Shown piece after piece: positions 28,140 to 38,219 of a stretch of DNA of 64,000 bases. This stretch comes from Candidatus Thorarchaeota archaeon. GTDB taxonomy: Archaea > Asgardarchaeota > Thorarchaeia > Thorarchaeales > Thorarchaeaceae. The stretch lies in contig JAFGAR010000081.1 in assembly GCA_016933575.1 (NCBI GenBank), positions 64,001 through 128,000 on the forward strand. The letters are read 5' to 3'. The position numbers and the translations under genes are program-made. Each line of letters opens with the position of its first letter. Within the stretch, counting starts at the first letter, position 1. The notes beneath the pieces are model-generated. The model saw only the letters and a list, made by a program, of their open reading frames with translations, made no database searches and was not told where the DNA came from.

Positions 28140-29231
28140 CTATAATTGCTCAACTTGTTTCTTCCGTTTAAGATAGAGATAGACGACTCCTCCAAAGACA
28201 AATGCAAGCAGATAGAGAATAATGGGGATCCAGAGGAACTCAACACGCATTAGATACTCTAGCGGTCTTCCATATCCCCCAAAAGCAATGGGCAAATAGA
28301 TCCAAGCCAGAGCTCCAAAATACCCTGCATAAACTAACCATCTGATTTCTCGCCTGACTTTGAAGGCATACATGTATGTGAACACAAACATGAACGCAAA
28401 TCCTGATGCAAACATTACCCACATATCAGCGCTAGCATGTTGAATGGTGTTATATACAGCGACAAAGAATGCATGAATTCCAACGAAGCTCTCAAGTAGA
28501 ACTACCCATCCTTGATTCACATGTACTACCGTATATGCTAACGAGAGTTGGATAAAGAGTAAGAACATGTAGAAGAATCCGGTCACAAGTTGTGGGTCAT
28601 AGGCCATAGGATGAAACCAGAATGTATACACAAGTGCCCATGCAATAATATATTGATGGTTTCTTCTGAAGAATCCTGACACCTGAGCAGTGATAGGTTT
28701 CCCTGCTTTTCGTCCTATGAAGAAGCCCCGTCTTGGATTTTCAATGATGAGAATCAATACGAGCATTACGATGACAGAACCTTGACTAGTCCAGATGGGT
28801 ACATCCTGCGCAAGACCATCAAACCATATGTGAGTCTGAACGAGATGTAGAATGATGAATGCTGCGTTAATTGTCAGAGTTGCCCAGTTGTATCTAGTCA
28901 ATCCTGTTGTAGGTTTCGTCTTGTATTCCACAAGGTTCTTCTGTGCCCAATAGATAGCCGCCCAGATTGCGAATTGGTGTGTGAGATAAAAACTCCAAAC
29001 AATCAACATGATGAGAAAATCACGTGTCGGGAGTTGCCAGAAGTACCAACTTGCTCCAAGATCCGGTCCAAATGTGGCGATGACTGGATCCAGCAAGGGC
29101 CCAAGCAACCAAATAATGAATGTAAAACCGATGGCAAAGATCAACGCGATTGCCCACGCATAATAAGCTCTTCTCGATTGATTGTCTTGAGCTCTACCAG
29201 TTTCCGTATTGTCTTGTAACAAATACAACAC
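28140..29231 (-). CDS. Polytopic membrane protein of unknown function
   Basis: About 9-10 TM helices; Trp/His-rich motifs WYFWQLP, HLVQTHIWFDGLAQD, YTFWFHP. Confidence 0.7.
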   Translation of the reverse strand: MLYLLQDNTETGRAQDNQSRRAYYAWAIALIFAIGFTFIIWLLGPLLDPVIATFGPDLGASWYFWQLPTRDFLIMLIVWSFYLTHQFAIWAAIYWAQKNLVEYKTKPTTGLTRYNWATLTINAAFIILHLVQTHIWFDGLAQDVPIWTSQGSVIVMLVLILIIENPRRGFFIGRKAGKPITAQVSGFFRRNHQYIIAWALVYTFWFHPMAYDPQLVTGFFYMFLLFIQLSLAYTVVHVNQGWVVLLESFVGIHAFFVAVYNTIQHASADMWVMFASGFAFMFVFTYMYAFKVRREIRWLVYAGYFGALAWIYLPIAFGGYGRPLEYLMRVEFLWIPIILYLLAFVFGGVVYLYLKRKKQVEQL

Positions 29232-29322
29232 CTTCTCAGGTTTTTGTTAAGATACCTATTAACATCACGGTCAGTCAGAAAGTATAACTCGGTATTTGTG
29301 AAATAATATACCTGGTGTCCAT

Positions 29323-29655
29323 ATGACAAAAGAGAAAATATTGGCTCAACTTCAGGCACTTGCAGAAAGATTCGAAGACCCCAAAATACAGCGAAGGTTC
29401 AAGGACTATCATAAGACTCTCCAGTTTATCTTCCCTGACATCGATACCAAAATGTACATGACTATTGGAGACGCAAAGCTTGAAGCTGTGGCAGAAGGAG
29501 AGGTTGATTCTGAACTAAAGGTGACAATGGATACTTCCGTCTTCTTTGGTATAATGGATAAGACTGAGAGTCCTATGGCAGCATACTCCGCAGGCAAGTT
29601 GAAGACTGTTGGAGAAGTACCCGACCTCTTGAAACTGCAGAAATTACTCCTCTGA
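29323..29655 (+). CDS. SCP2 (sterol carrier protein 2)-like lipid-binding protein
   Basis: C-terminal PMAAYSAGKLKTVG..DLLKLQ pattern. Confidence 0.8.
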   Translation: MTKEKILAQLQALAERFEDPKIQRRFKDYHKTLQFIFPDIDTKMYMTIGDAKLEAVAEGEVDSELKVTMDTSVFFGIMDKTESPMAAYSAGKLKTVGEVPDLLKLQKLLL

Positions 29656-29997
29656 ATCATTGAGATCTTTCTCAATGACCTTTGATACCAGTTCTCTCAT
29701 TCTAAGCATCTGATCTCTCACCTGCTTTGCCCCATCTTGAGTTAAGCTCACTATAGTCGTCGGTTTTAACTCAACAAACCGTTTTGATATTCTGATGAGA
29801 TTAAGTTCTTCTAATTTTCTTAGATGACTTGACAGATTGCCAGAGGTTAGTCCGAGTTTCTTCTGGAGAATGGTGAAATTAGCATTCTGAGTGAAGTAGA
29901 GATATATCAGTATAGAGAGTCGAGTGGGGACCATAGTCTCACGGTCTTCTTCCATGAGCTCTACCAGTGATGATAGAAGGTCCCTGTCCAGACTCAA
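29644..29997 (-). CDS. Winged-helix transcriptional regulator (HTH_34/ArsR-like)
   Basis: TRLSIL, FTILQKKLGLTSGNLSSHLRKLEE, PTTIVSLTQDG. Confidence 0.85.
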   Translation of the reverse strand: MSLDRDLLSSLVELMEEDRETMVPTRLSILIYLYFTQNANFTILQKKLGLTSGNLSSHLRKLEELNLIRISKRFVELKPTTIVSLTQDGAKQVRDQMLRMRELVSKVIEKDLNDSEE

Positions 29998-29999
29998 CT

Positions 30000-30680
30000 C
30001 TATCCCTGCCCTTTGCTCTCCAACAGCAGTTGTTCAGCAGATATCAGCATATAGATACCAATAACATAGATTCCGCCCATATTGACGACAATCAGGACCA
30101 GAAATGCAATCTGAGGAAATACAAGCATTGGAATTACACCCAGAAGTATCGCAATAGCAAAGTAGAGCTGTTCCTTTGAAAAGAACTCAAGTTCTGAGCC
30201 TGTTCTTCTACCAAAGAGATAGTTCATAGTAAAACCAAATGCCATTACTATTTGGAGAGCTGGTGGGAACAGTTGGGCTTGTCCTATTTGGAAGGTGATG
30301 AGTGAAGTTATGACAATGGCTGTACAAAGAACAGTCCATAATGCATAGATTTTCCTGTCAGCTTTTGATGGATCTGATTTTTCCTGATAGGAACGGGTAA
30401 GTGGTACTATCAATCTGAATCCAATCACCCACGATAGACCCAAGCTCAAAAGAACAAAACCCACATTGACTAAGAATGGGTCACCAGGTCCCAGTATGTT
30501 TTGAAGTGACATGAATATTAGAGTGGCAAATGAAATACCACCAGCAATGAGGATGTAGACAAGACCTGATACTCTACGTGCGATTACCTGTGGATACTTT
30601 TCAACCAGATCTGTAAGTAAAAGAAGCTGTCTAGCTTTCTTTATCATATCATCATCCATTTCCGTTTCATCCTTATTCAA
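30000..30680 (-). CDS. Membrane protein (about 6 TM), co-transcribed with the wHTH regulator
   Basis: Hydrophobic helices; 2-bp gap to the regulator. Confidence 0.65.
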   Translation of the reverse strand: MNKDETEMDDDMIKKARQLLLLTDLVEKYPQVIARRVSGLVYILIAGGISFATLIFMSLQNILGPGDPFLVNVGFVLLSLGLSWVIGFRLIVPLTRSYQEKSDPSKADRKIYALWTVLCTAIVITSLITFQIGQAQLFPPALQIVMAFGFTMNYLFGRRTGSELEFFSKEQLYFAIAILLGVIPMLVFPQIAFLVLIVVNMGGIYVIGIYMLISAEQLLLESKGQG

Positions 30681-30738
30681 TCAATCACCTCAAATCTAAT
30701 TACTTTCATTTCTAATACCTCCCTAATAACTGTAGCAG

Positions 30739-30767
30739 GAAAAAAAAGAGCCCATTTCCGGGCTCTT
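30739..30767 (-). terminator. Intrinsic terminator-like hairpin with U-tract
   Basis: AAGAGCCC-atttcc-GGGCTCTT preceded by an A-tract on + (U-tract on -) at the permease stop. Confidence 0.65.
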
Positions 30768-31926
30768 AGCGTGAACCATATTTCTCAAAGAGAATGATTC
30801 CTACAAGCACTAGAAGAATACCAACAACCGAAACGATAGCCAGATTTATCCAAATGATTGGAGTTGTTATAGGAGCCCCTCTAAGAAACAGAGTGGTTAA
30901 AGCTTCAGTAACATATCTACTTGGAATGAACATCGAAATTGCTTCTGTCATTTCACCCAGGGGCATAAATGTTCCCAAGAACATCTGGGGCATAATGAAG
31001 ATGAAGCTCACTCCGGTAGCAGCTTCTGCAGACTTGGATAGTGTAGCTGATAAAAGCCCAAATCCCACAGCTACGAGTGAGAATGCTAGTGCTATCACAA
31101 AGGTAAATGCGATTCCTACAATTCCAGTCGCTGGTCTATATCCAATTATGAACGATGATACTAGAACCAGTGCAACCTGGACCGCTGCAATGATCATGTA
31201 TGATAGTGTTTGACTTATCATATAATCAGCTGATGACGCTGGAGTTGTTCTCAGTCTTCTCAACAATCCCTCGTCTCTCTCACTTGTCATTGTCTGAGCA
31301 ACAATCATTGTCAAGAATATTGCAGCAAAGGCAAAGATACCTGGGGCCATAAAGTCCCACTGCGTAAAAGTACTTGACTGTACTAATGCTGGGCTTGCAA
31401 TCTCAATTGGCAATCCAATCGTCGATGCACCCTCTCCAAAGATTGTCGTTATTAGTACCTGTCTTACCAGTGGTGGAATTGCTGAAACAGCCATCATTGA
31501 TCCGCTATCGACATAGAGACCAATCGTAGTGTTTACCCATGCACTAGTATTGAATGGAGCACTATTGTATGATACAATGCTATCACCAAATCCTTCAGGT
31601 ATGATAATGAACGCATCGAGGGCTCCCTGCAGTAGAGCAGCCTGTCCTGTGTTATTGTCTCCATATTGATAAACAACAAAGACATCAGAAGATGTCAAAT
31701 TGCCAACAAATGAAGAACCCCAGTTGGCCTGCGGGCTGGTAGTATCTAGATTTAGAAGTCCAACATCGAAACTTGTTGTGGTTCCTCCACCAATTCCACC
31801 AAATGCAAGACCAAACACGAATGTGATCGTGATTGGGAATATAATCAGAAGAAAGAGAACTGCAGGTTCTCGCGCGGTCTTCTTTAGCTCTTTCTTGGTT
31901 AATGCTAGTATACGTCTTAGGTTCAT
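30766..31926 (-). CDS. ABC-2 type exporter permease
   Basis: KKELK...REP, extracytoplasmic loop, FMAPGIF, SERDEGLLRRLRTTP, FLGTFMP. Confidence 0.85.
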   Translation of the reverse strand: MNLRRILALTKKELKKTAREPAVLFLLIIFPITITFVFGLAFGGIGGGTTTSFDVGLLNLDTTSPQANWGSSFVGNLTSSDVFVVYQYGDNNTGQAALLQGALDAFIIIPEGFGDSIVSYNSAPFNTSAWVNTTIGLYVDSGSMMAVSAIPPLVRQVLITTIFGEGASTIGLPIEIASPALVQSSTFTQWDFMAPGIFAFAAIFLTMIVAQTMTSERDEGLLRRLRTTPASSADYMISQTLSYMIIAAVQVALVLVSSFIIGYRPATGIVGIAFTFVIALAFSLVAVGFGLLSATLSKSAEAATGVSFIFIMPQMFLGTFMPLGEMTEAISMFIPSRYVTEALTTLFLRGAPITTPIIWINLAIVSVVGILLVLVGIILFEKYGSR

Positions 31927-31928
31927 CT

Positions 31929-32675
31929 CTAAACAGCCTCCCTCAGTTTCTTTCCAGTGATCTTCAGAAATACCTCTTCCAGATTCTTTGAGTGGTTTTC
32001 TCTCATAAGTTCCAAAGGAGACCCAAGCGCAATCAGTTTGCCCTCATCAATGATAGCAACTCTGTCACATAGTTCTTGGGCCTCTTCCATATAATGAGTT
32101 GTGAGAATGATTGTCTTGCCTTGACCCTTTAGTTCACGTATGAACTCCCAGACAGCTCGTCGAGATTTAGGATCCATTGCAACTGTGGGCTCATCTAGTA
32201 GAGCAATTTTGGGGTCATTGATTAATGCCATGAGCATACTGACTCTACGAATCATTCCCCCACTGTAGTCCTTAGCACGTCTATTGATGTGATCTTCCAT
32301 ACCAATTTTCTCTACCATGGTCTTGATTCGTTCTTCAAGGATGTCTTTGGGAACGAGATGCATATCTCCCATGAGAGTGATGTTTTCTTTGCCTGAGAGG
32401 AATCTATAGTATGCTGGCTCTTGCGGACAGACACCAATCACCTCACGAACACCTGTTGAATCAAAAACCACATCGTGTCCATCCACTATCGCTGAACCCT
32501 CTGTAGGTTCAAGTAGTGTATTTAGAATATTAACGGTCGTGCTTTTTCCAGCACCATTAGGTCCGAGAATACCAAATAGCTCGCCCCAACCAATCTCAAG
32601 GTTGAGATTTTCTAGAGCTGTGATATCGTCGAACCGTTTTGTAAGATTAGTTATTGTGATTGCAGATTCTGACAT
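31929..32675 (-). CDS. ABC exporter ATP-binding protein (DrrA-like)
   Basis: GPNGAGKST, YSGGM, LLDEPT, TTHYMEEA. Confidence 0.9.
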   Translation of the reverse strand: MSESAITITNLTKRFDDITALENLNLEIGWGELFGILGPNGAGKSTTVNILNTLLEPTEGSAIVDGHDVVFDSTGVREVIGVCPQEPAYYRFLSGKENITLMGDMHLVPKDILEERIKTMVEKIGMEDHINRRAKDYSGGMIRRVSMLMALINDPKIALLDEPTVAMDPKSRRAVWEFIRELKGQGKTIILTTHYMEEAQELCDRVAIIDEGKLIALGSPLELMRENHSKNLEEVFLKITGKKLREAV

Positions 32676-32840
32676 TGTAATTCACAGAAAATAACATGTA
32701 TAGAATGAATATAAGACATCGACAATCTTTGACTGACATGGTAGTCTGTGCCGCAAACTTGCTTGCCAACCAAGATGTCGATGAACGTTTAAAGGCAGGA
32801 TTGCACATAGTTAATTTTCGATTGACTAGGACGGATTCAC

Positions 32841-33839
32841 GTGAAGATACTCATCACCGCCCCTCTCTCACAATCTGGTCTGAACATGTTATACGATGCA
32901 GGTCTTGAGGTCGATTATCATAATTGGCTTGAAACCGGGAAATTGTATCTTGGAGGTTCATTGCTCTTGCTTATTGAGAAGAGTAAACCTGACATCGTAA
33001 TTGTTGAAGGGGACGAGATTAAGGATGAGATTTTGCAACGATGTTCATTGAAATTGATTGGGTCCGTCCGAAATTCCCCAAATAACATAGATGTCCTTCT
33101 TGCAACGAAGATGGGGATTCCCGTCATCTCTGCACCAGGGAGAAATACTATTGCAGTTGCTGAGCTTACTATTGCATTGATGCTATCCCAATCGAGGAAT
33201 CTAATTCGTGCAGAGCGTCTCTTAAAGACCGATTTCTTTGTAGATGATTTCAAAGACTTTGCTAATATGTACATGAATCTAAAGGGTTTCGAATTATGTA
33301 ACAAAACTGTAGGAATCATTGGCCTTGGAGCGATTGGAACAGAAGTGGCAAAGCGGCTTCAAGCTTTTGGGGTTTCTATTCTCATTTATGATCCCTATGT
33401 TACCGAAGACCGTGTTTCAGATGTGAAAGCAACTCAAGTGGATTTGAATACCCTCCTTTCAGAGGCTGATATTATCACAATACACTGCACACCTACTGAC
33501 GAAACCCTACATCTACTCGGGCCAGATGAAATAGCCTCGATGAAGAAGACTGCTTTTCTTATCAATACTGCAAGAGCATCAATTGTGGACGAAGATGCAC
33601 TCTATAACGCCCTCACGTCAAAATCCATTGCTGGAGCTGGCTTAGATGTCTTTTCTATGGAACCTGTTGATTGCGATAACAGATTTCTTGAACTTGATAA
33701 CGTAACGATCATGCCTCATATGGGTGGCAACACAGTTGAGACTATTGAGCGGCAATCTGCTTCGATTGTTACCGACATACTTACGTTCATCAAAGGTGAG
33801 CGGCCCAAGCATCTCTTGAACCCGGAGGTGTATGAGTAG
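32841..33839 (+). CDS. D-isomer-specific 2-hydroxyacid dehydrogenase (SerA-like)
   Basis: PGRNTIAVAE, GLGAIG, INTAR, LDVFSMEP, PHMGG. Confidence 0.88.
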   Translation: MKILITAPLSQSGLNMLYDAGLEVDYHNWLETGKLYLGGSLLLLIEKSKPDIVIVEGDEIKDEILQRCSLKLIGSVRNSPNNIDVLLATKMGIPVISAPGRNTIAVAELTIALMLSQSRNLIRAERLLKTDFFVDDFKDFANMYMNLKGFELCNKTVGIIGLGAIGTEVAKRLQAFGVSILIYDPYVTEDRVSDVKATQVDLNTLLSEADIITIHCTPTDETLHLLGPDEIASMKKTAFLINTARASIVDEDALYNALTSKSIAGAGLDVFSMEPVDCDNRFLELDNVTIMPHMGGNTVETIERQSASIVTDILTFIKGERPKHLLNPEVYE

Positions 33840-35339
33840 ATGGTCGTTGCTGCAATAGATGCAGGCACTACTGGTGTTCGTTGTATGGTTGTAGATTCTA
33901 CAGGACATGTTGTATCTCTTAGCCGGCGATCCTGGGAGTATACGACACCAATTGATCTTGAAATTGCTAAGGAATTTGACCCAAACCATTTCTGGCATCT
34001 CATATGTACTGTTGTGAAGGAGGCCTGCAAACAGGCAAACTTGAGCGGCCTTGAACTAGAGGCAGTATCAACGACCAGTCAAAGACATGGTTGCATCTTC
34101 CTCAACAAACTAGGGGATGAGATCTATGCTGGGCCGAATATCGATGCTCGAGGAGCTATGACACAATACATTATTGAAGAGTCCTTGGGTGAACGCTATC
34201 ATGAGATTACAGGCTGCTGGCCCCCCCTAATGTTCTCTCCATCGAGACTATCGTGGTTTGAAGAAGAAGCACCCGATGTGTTCGAATCGGTTGCTCATCT
34301 ATTACCAATCAATGACTGGATAACATACAAGCTTGCTGATGTCTTTGTGACAGATCCATCTGGAGGGAGTGGGACTGGATTCATGGACGTATCTTCTTGT
34401 GTTTGGAGTCATGAAGTAGCAGAAGCAGTTGGAATCAATCTGGACATATTACCCCAGATTCAGCATACTGGTTCTGTGGTCGGTGAAGTGACTAAGACCG
34501 CTCATAAGAAGTGCGGATTACCAAAGGGATTGCCTGTGATTCAAGGTGGTGCTGACACACAGTGTGCCCTGCTTTCAACCCAAGCACAATCTGGCGAGAT
34601 TGCAATAATTGCTGGTAGCACAGCTCCAGTCATGATGGTCATAGATGAACCATATTGCGATGCTACACAAAAAATCTGGACCTGTTGTCATGTGATACCT
34701 GGAAGATGGGTCCTAGAGAGTAATGCAACTCTGACTGGTGCTTATCTTCAATGGGTTGTAAATCTTCTCTGCGAACGCGCAAATTCACCTAAGGAATGCG
34801 TGACGACGACTCTCTCCAATCTTGACAATATCCTGGCTGATATTCCTCCCGGAAGCAATGAAACGTTTGTTGCCCTTGGTCCAAGTATTATGGATTGCCA
34901 AAGAATCACGGATGTAAAGCAGGCAAAGATGGTATTTCCACAACCTGTCCTGCCACAAGTGATCCCTCTTAATTCAGCTCGCTTCATTCATGCGGTCCTT
35001 GAAAATATTGCATATGCTACTAGAGGAAATTGCGAACAATTAGAAGAGTATCGTCAGGCGACTTGCATTAAGACAATCGGTGGCATGACACAATCCAGAA
35101 TCTGGCCTGATATGCTAGCAAATGTTCTTGGACGACAAATACACACCCCACTTCAGGCTGAAGGAAGTCTTCTAGGAGCTGCAATATGCGCAGCAACTGG
35201 CATAGGTCATTACTCTAGCTTAATGGATGCTGCAAAAGCTATGGTCCAGTGGAAACCAATTAGTAATCCAGATGATAGAGCGGACCTTTACAGATCCTAT
35301 TATTCCAAGTGGACCAATATGTACTGCGAAGGTGATTGA
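33840..35339 (+). CDS. FGGY-family carbohydrate kinase
   Basis: IDAGTTG, TSQRHG, GGADTQ, IGGMTQS, LLGAAICA. Confidence 0.88.
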   Translation: MVVAAIDAGTTGVRCMVVDSTGHVVSLSRRSWEYTTPIDLEIAKEFDPNHFWHLICTVVKEACKQANLSGLELEAVSTTSQRHGCIFLNKLGDEIYAGPNIDARGAMTQYIIEESLGERYHEITGCWPPLMFSPSRLSWFEEEAPDVFESVAHLLPINDWITYKLADVFVTDPSGGSGTGFMDVSSCVWSHEVAEAVGINLDILPQIQHTGSVVGEVTKTAHKKCGLPKGLPVIQGGADTQCALLSTQAQSGEIAIIAGSTAPVMMVIDEPYCDATQKIWTCCHVIPGRWVLESNATLTGAYLQWVVNLLCERANSPKECVTTTLSNLDNILADIPPGSNETFVALGPSIMDCQRITDVKQAKMVFPQPVLPQVIPLNSARFIHAVLENIAYATRGNCEQLEEYRQATCIKTIGGMTQSRIWPDMLANVLGRQIHTPLQAEGSLLGAAICAATGIGHYSSLMDAAKAMVQWKPISNPDDRADLYRSYYSKWTNMYCEGD

Positions 35340-35977
35340 TTTTGTACGAGGATGTAAAAAAGGAATTGCTAGATATCTGTTTACAGATGATAAAGAACAA
35401 TCTTGTCATTGGATCATCTGGTAATATTAGTGTGCGCGTAGAAGACCATGTCGTCATAACTCCTAGTTCTGTTCATTACACAGAGATGTCTTCTGAGGAC
35501 ATGGTTGTTCTAGATTTGAATGGCAAAGTCCTTGAAGGTGCAAGGAATCCGAGTGTAGAGCATCCTATGCACCTTGAACTCTACAACACTCGTGATGATA
35601 CAAAAGCAGTTGTTCATACACATAGTCTCTATGCCTCAGCAATGGCAGTATTGAACGAACCTTTACCCCCAATAATAGATGAGACTGTGCCAAAACTTGG
35701 TTCTCATATTCGGGTGAGCAAGTATGCTATGCCCGGGACCAAACAACTTGGTGCTAATGTTCGAGATGCCATAGAAGAGAGAAGTGCTGCACTTATAGCA
35801 AATCATGGTGCCGTCTGCATTGCCAAGACCCTCAAAGAGGCGCTCTTTCTTGCCATTCTATTGGAACGCACATGCAAGATATACATGCTAGCAAAACAGG
35901 TTGGAACACCAAGGCTTCTGCCAGATGATGTAGTTGAAGATGAACAAGAAATTTGGGAAATGATGCGAGGGTATTAG
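35336..35977 (+). CDS. Class II aldolase (L-fuculose-1-phosphate aldolase family)
   Basis: GNISVR, ITPS, PSVE..MH, VVHTHS, NHG. Confidence 0.88.
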   Translation: MILYEDVKKELLDICLQMIKNNLVIGSSGNISVRVEDHVVITPSSVHYTEMSSEDMVVLDLNGKVLEGARNPSVEHPMHLELYNTRDDTKAVVHTHSLYASAMAVLNEPLPPIIDETVPKLGSHIRVSKYAMPGTKQLGANVRDAIEERSAALIANHGAVCIAKTLKEALFLAILLERTCKIYMLAKQVGTPRLLPDDVVEDEQEIWEMMRGY

Positions 35978-37759
35978 ATGAATGGTTATCAGGGGCATAT
36001 CCTAGCAGCTGATTTGTCTAAGGACGAAATTCATAGTATCCCAATTGATGAAAATATAGCCAAAGCCTTTGTGGGGGGGAGTGGGTATGCAAGCTATTTA
36101 CTGAATTATCTGTTGAATCCAAAATCCGACCCTCTTGGTCCCGAGAATATGCTTCTTTTCATGACTGGTCCATTAACTGGAACACTTGCTCCCTGCACTG
36201 GACGTCATGTTGTATGTGGAAAGTCTCCTATTACTGGACTCTGGGGAGAGTCGCACGCTGGGGGACACTTTGGGGCGCAGATGAAGGCAGCTGGTGTTGA
36301 TGGAATACTAATTACTGGTACTTCTAAAAAACCAGTCATTCTTCAAATCTATAATAGAGATGCAGAGATTCTTGATGCTACAGACCTCTGGGGAATGGAT
36401 ACTGAAGAGACCCAGAAGCATCTAAAGAAAGAGAATAAGCGATCACAAGTTTCCTGCATCGGACAAGCTGGAGAGAATCTCGTCAAGTATGCGAGTATTG
36501 TAAATGATGAACGAGTAGCAGCGCGATGTGGTCTCGGTGCAGTCATGGGCTCGAAGAAGCTGAAGGCAATAATAGTACAAGGCGACCTAAGCACACCTCT
36601 AGGTACCTTGGATGAATTCAATGCACTAGCCCTCTCTTCCTCGAAAATTCTTGGTGAAGCAATGTCGATGCTTCGTGATCAGGGTACTGCAATGTATGTT
36701 GATATTGGAATGATGTTCAATGACATTCCTATTAGATACTTCCAAGATGTAGAGTTTGATGATATTGATCTTATCAATGCTGGTGCAATAGGGGATATCT
36801 TGACTGGTAGAATTGCATGTCATTCATGTCCGATTGGTTGTGGAAGAAAGGTCTCAATTCCAGATTCACCTCTTGAGAACATCGCTGGACCTGAATACCA
36901 GACAATAGCAGCATTTGGTACAAATCTGTTGATTTCGGATCTGAAGAAGATAGTTCTCATGAACCGTCTATGCAATCAATATGGGATGGATACCATCAGC
37001 TGCGGAAGTACTATAGCTCTTGCAACGCAGCTCTCAAAGATTGGAAAAGCTAACTATGATTTACAATGGGATGATGCTGATAGAGTAATTGAGCTCATTC
37101 ACCATATAGCACAGCGCAAGGGAATTGGGGATATCCTCGCTGAAGGGTCTCTTGCACTAGGCAAGAAGCACGATGCAGAAAACATGGTCCTTCATGTTAA
37201 TGGCCTTGAGATTCCAAATCATGACCCTCGAGCTTTCTCTGGAATGGCTACAGTGTACGTAATGGCATCCCGTGGAGCAACTCATCTAGAGGGCGATATG
37301 TATAGCGTTGATATGGGTGCTGACGTTAGAGAGCTTGGAATCACTAGCGGGGATAGATTGGAGAACCACGGTAAGGGGTCGATTGCAGCAAGAGCTCAAG
37401 ACTTCAGAGCCTTTTTTGACTCAGTTATAATGTGTCACTTTGCTATAGTTCCTCCTCAGAAGATTATTGATTTACTTAATCTAGCAATCGGGCAGTCATA
37501 CACACTGGAGGATCTATTGAAAATTGGTGCACGCTCTGTTACAATGAAACGCATCTTCAATCTACGTGCCGGTCTTACACCTCAAAATGAGAAATTGCCT
37601 CAAGCCCTTCTTACTCCTCAAGCAGATAGCGTTACAGACGATTTTATCCCTGACCTGGATCTTCAACTAGAAGACTACTATAAATATAGAAAATGGGATC
37701 AGCTCACTGGAAGACCCACTAAAGAAGCCTTGCATGAACTTGGACTTGATATCAACTAG
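35978..37759 (+). CDS. aor: Tungsten aldehyde:ferredoxin oxidoreductase family protein
   Basis: KSPITG, GAVMGSKKLKA, CHSCPIGC, GPEYQT, GMDTIS, HDPR, RGATH. Confidence 0.9.
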   Translation: MNGYQGHILAADLSKDEIHSIPIDENIAKAFVGGSGYASYLLNYLLNPKSDPLGPENMLLFMTGPLTGTLAPCTGRHVVCGKSPITGLWGESHAGGHFGAQMKAAGVDGILITGTSKKPVILQIYNRDAEILDATDLWGMDTEETQKHLKKENKRSQVSCIGQAGENLVKYASIVNDERVAARCGLGAVMGSKKLKAIIVQGDLSTPLGTLDEFNALALSSSKILGEAMSMLRDQGTAMYVDIGMMFNDIPIRYFQDVEFDDIDLINAGAIGDILTGRIACHSCPIGCGRKVSIPDSPLENIAGPEYQTIAAFGTNLLISDLKKIVLMNRLCNQYGMDTISCGSTIALATQLSKIGKANYDLQWDDADRVIELIHHIAQRKGIGDILAEGSLALGKKHDAENMVLHVNGLEIPNHDPRAFSGMATVYVMASRGATHLEGDMYSVDMGADVRELGITSGDRLENHGKGSIAARAQDFRAFFDSVIMCHFAIVPPQKIIDLLNLAIGQSYTLEDLLKIGARSVTMKRIFNLRAGLTPQNEKLPQALLTPQADSVTDDFIPDLDLQLEDYYKYRKWDQLTGRPTKEALHELGLDIN

Positions 37760-37765
37760 TAGTAG

Positions 37766-38113
37766 TTATGCTTTCAAGAGATGCTGCAATTTCATAAGAT
37801 CCTTGGCTGGTCCATCTGCTTTGATTCTCCCACTCATGAACGCTCGCATTGCAGAGAGATTACCACCGAGAATATCGATGATAGTCTTACTATCAGTCTT
37901 GATAGTCATATCCGGAGATGCCGGTGCCCCTTTTTCAACCACTCCTTTACCATCTCTAAATATGACAGATATATCGATGTTCAGATCACTAAAAGTCATC
38001 ATGAGACTCTTGTTATAGCCCTGAAAACGTTTCTCCATCTTTGGATCTTCAGTCCTTCTAATCATCTCATGAATGGCTGTCAGAAGTTCTTCCTCTGTTA
38101 CCATAGACTGCAA
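37766..38113 (-). CDS. SCP2-like lipid-binding protein, paralogue 2
   Basis: AMRAFMSGRIKADG..KDLMKLQ; similar to 29323-29655. Confidence 0.8.
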   Translation of the reverse strand: MQSMVTEEELLTAIHEMIRRTEDPKMEKRFQGYNKSLMMTFSDLNIDISVIFRDGKGVVEKGAPASPDMTIKTDSKTIIDILGGNLSAMRAFMSGRIKADGPAKDLMKLQHLLKA

Positions 38114-38219
38114 TCTCCCAACATACTGAATAGACCATATCTTTGCGAACTACTAAGGTTTAACGTGGTGATGCATCTTCCGGTAGCTTATTCCGCAGGA
38201 ATACTTGCACTCACGATAG

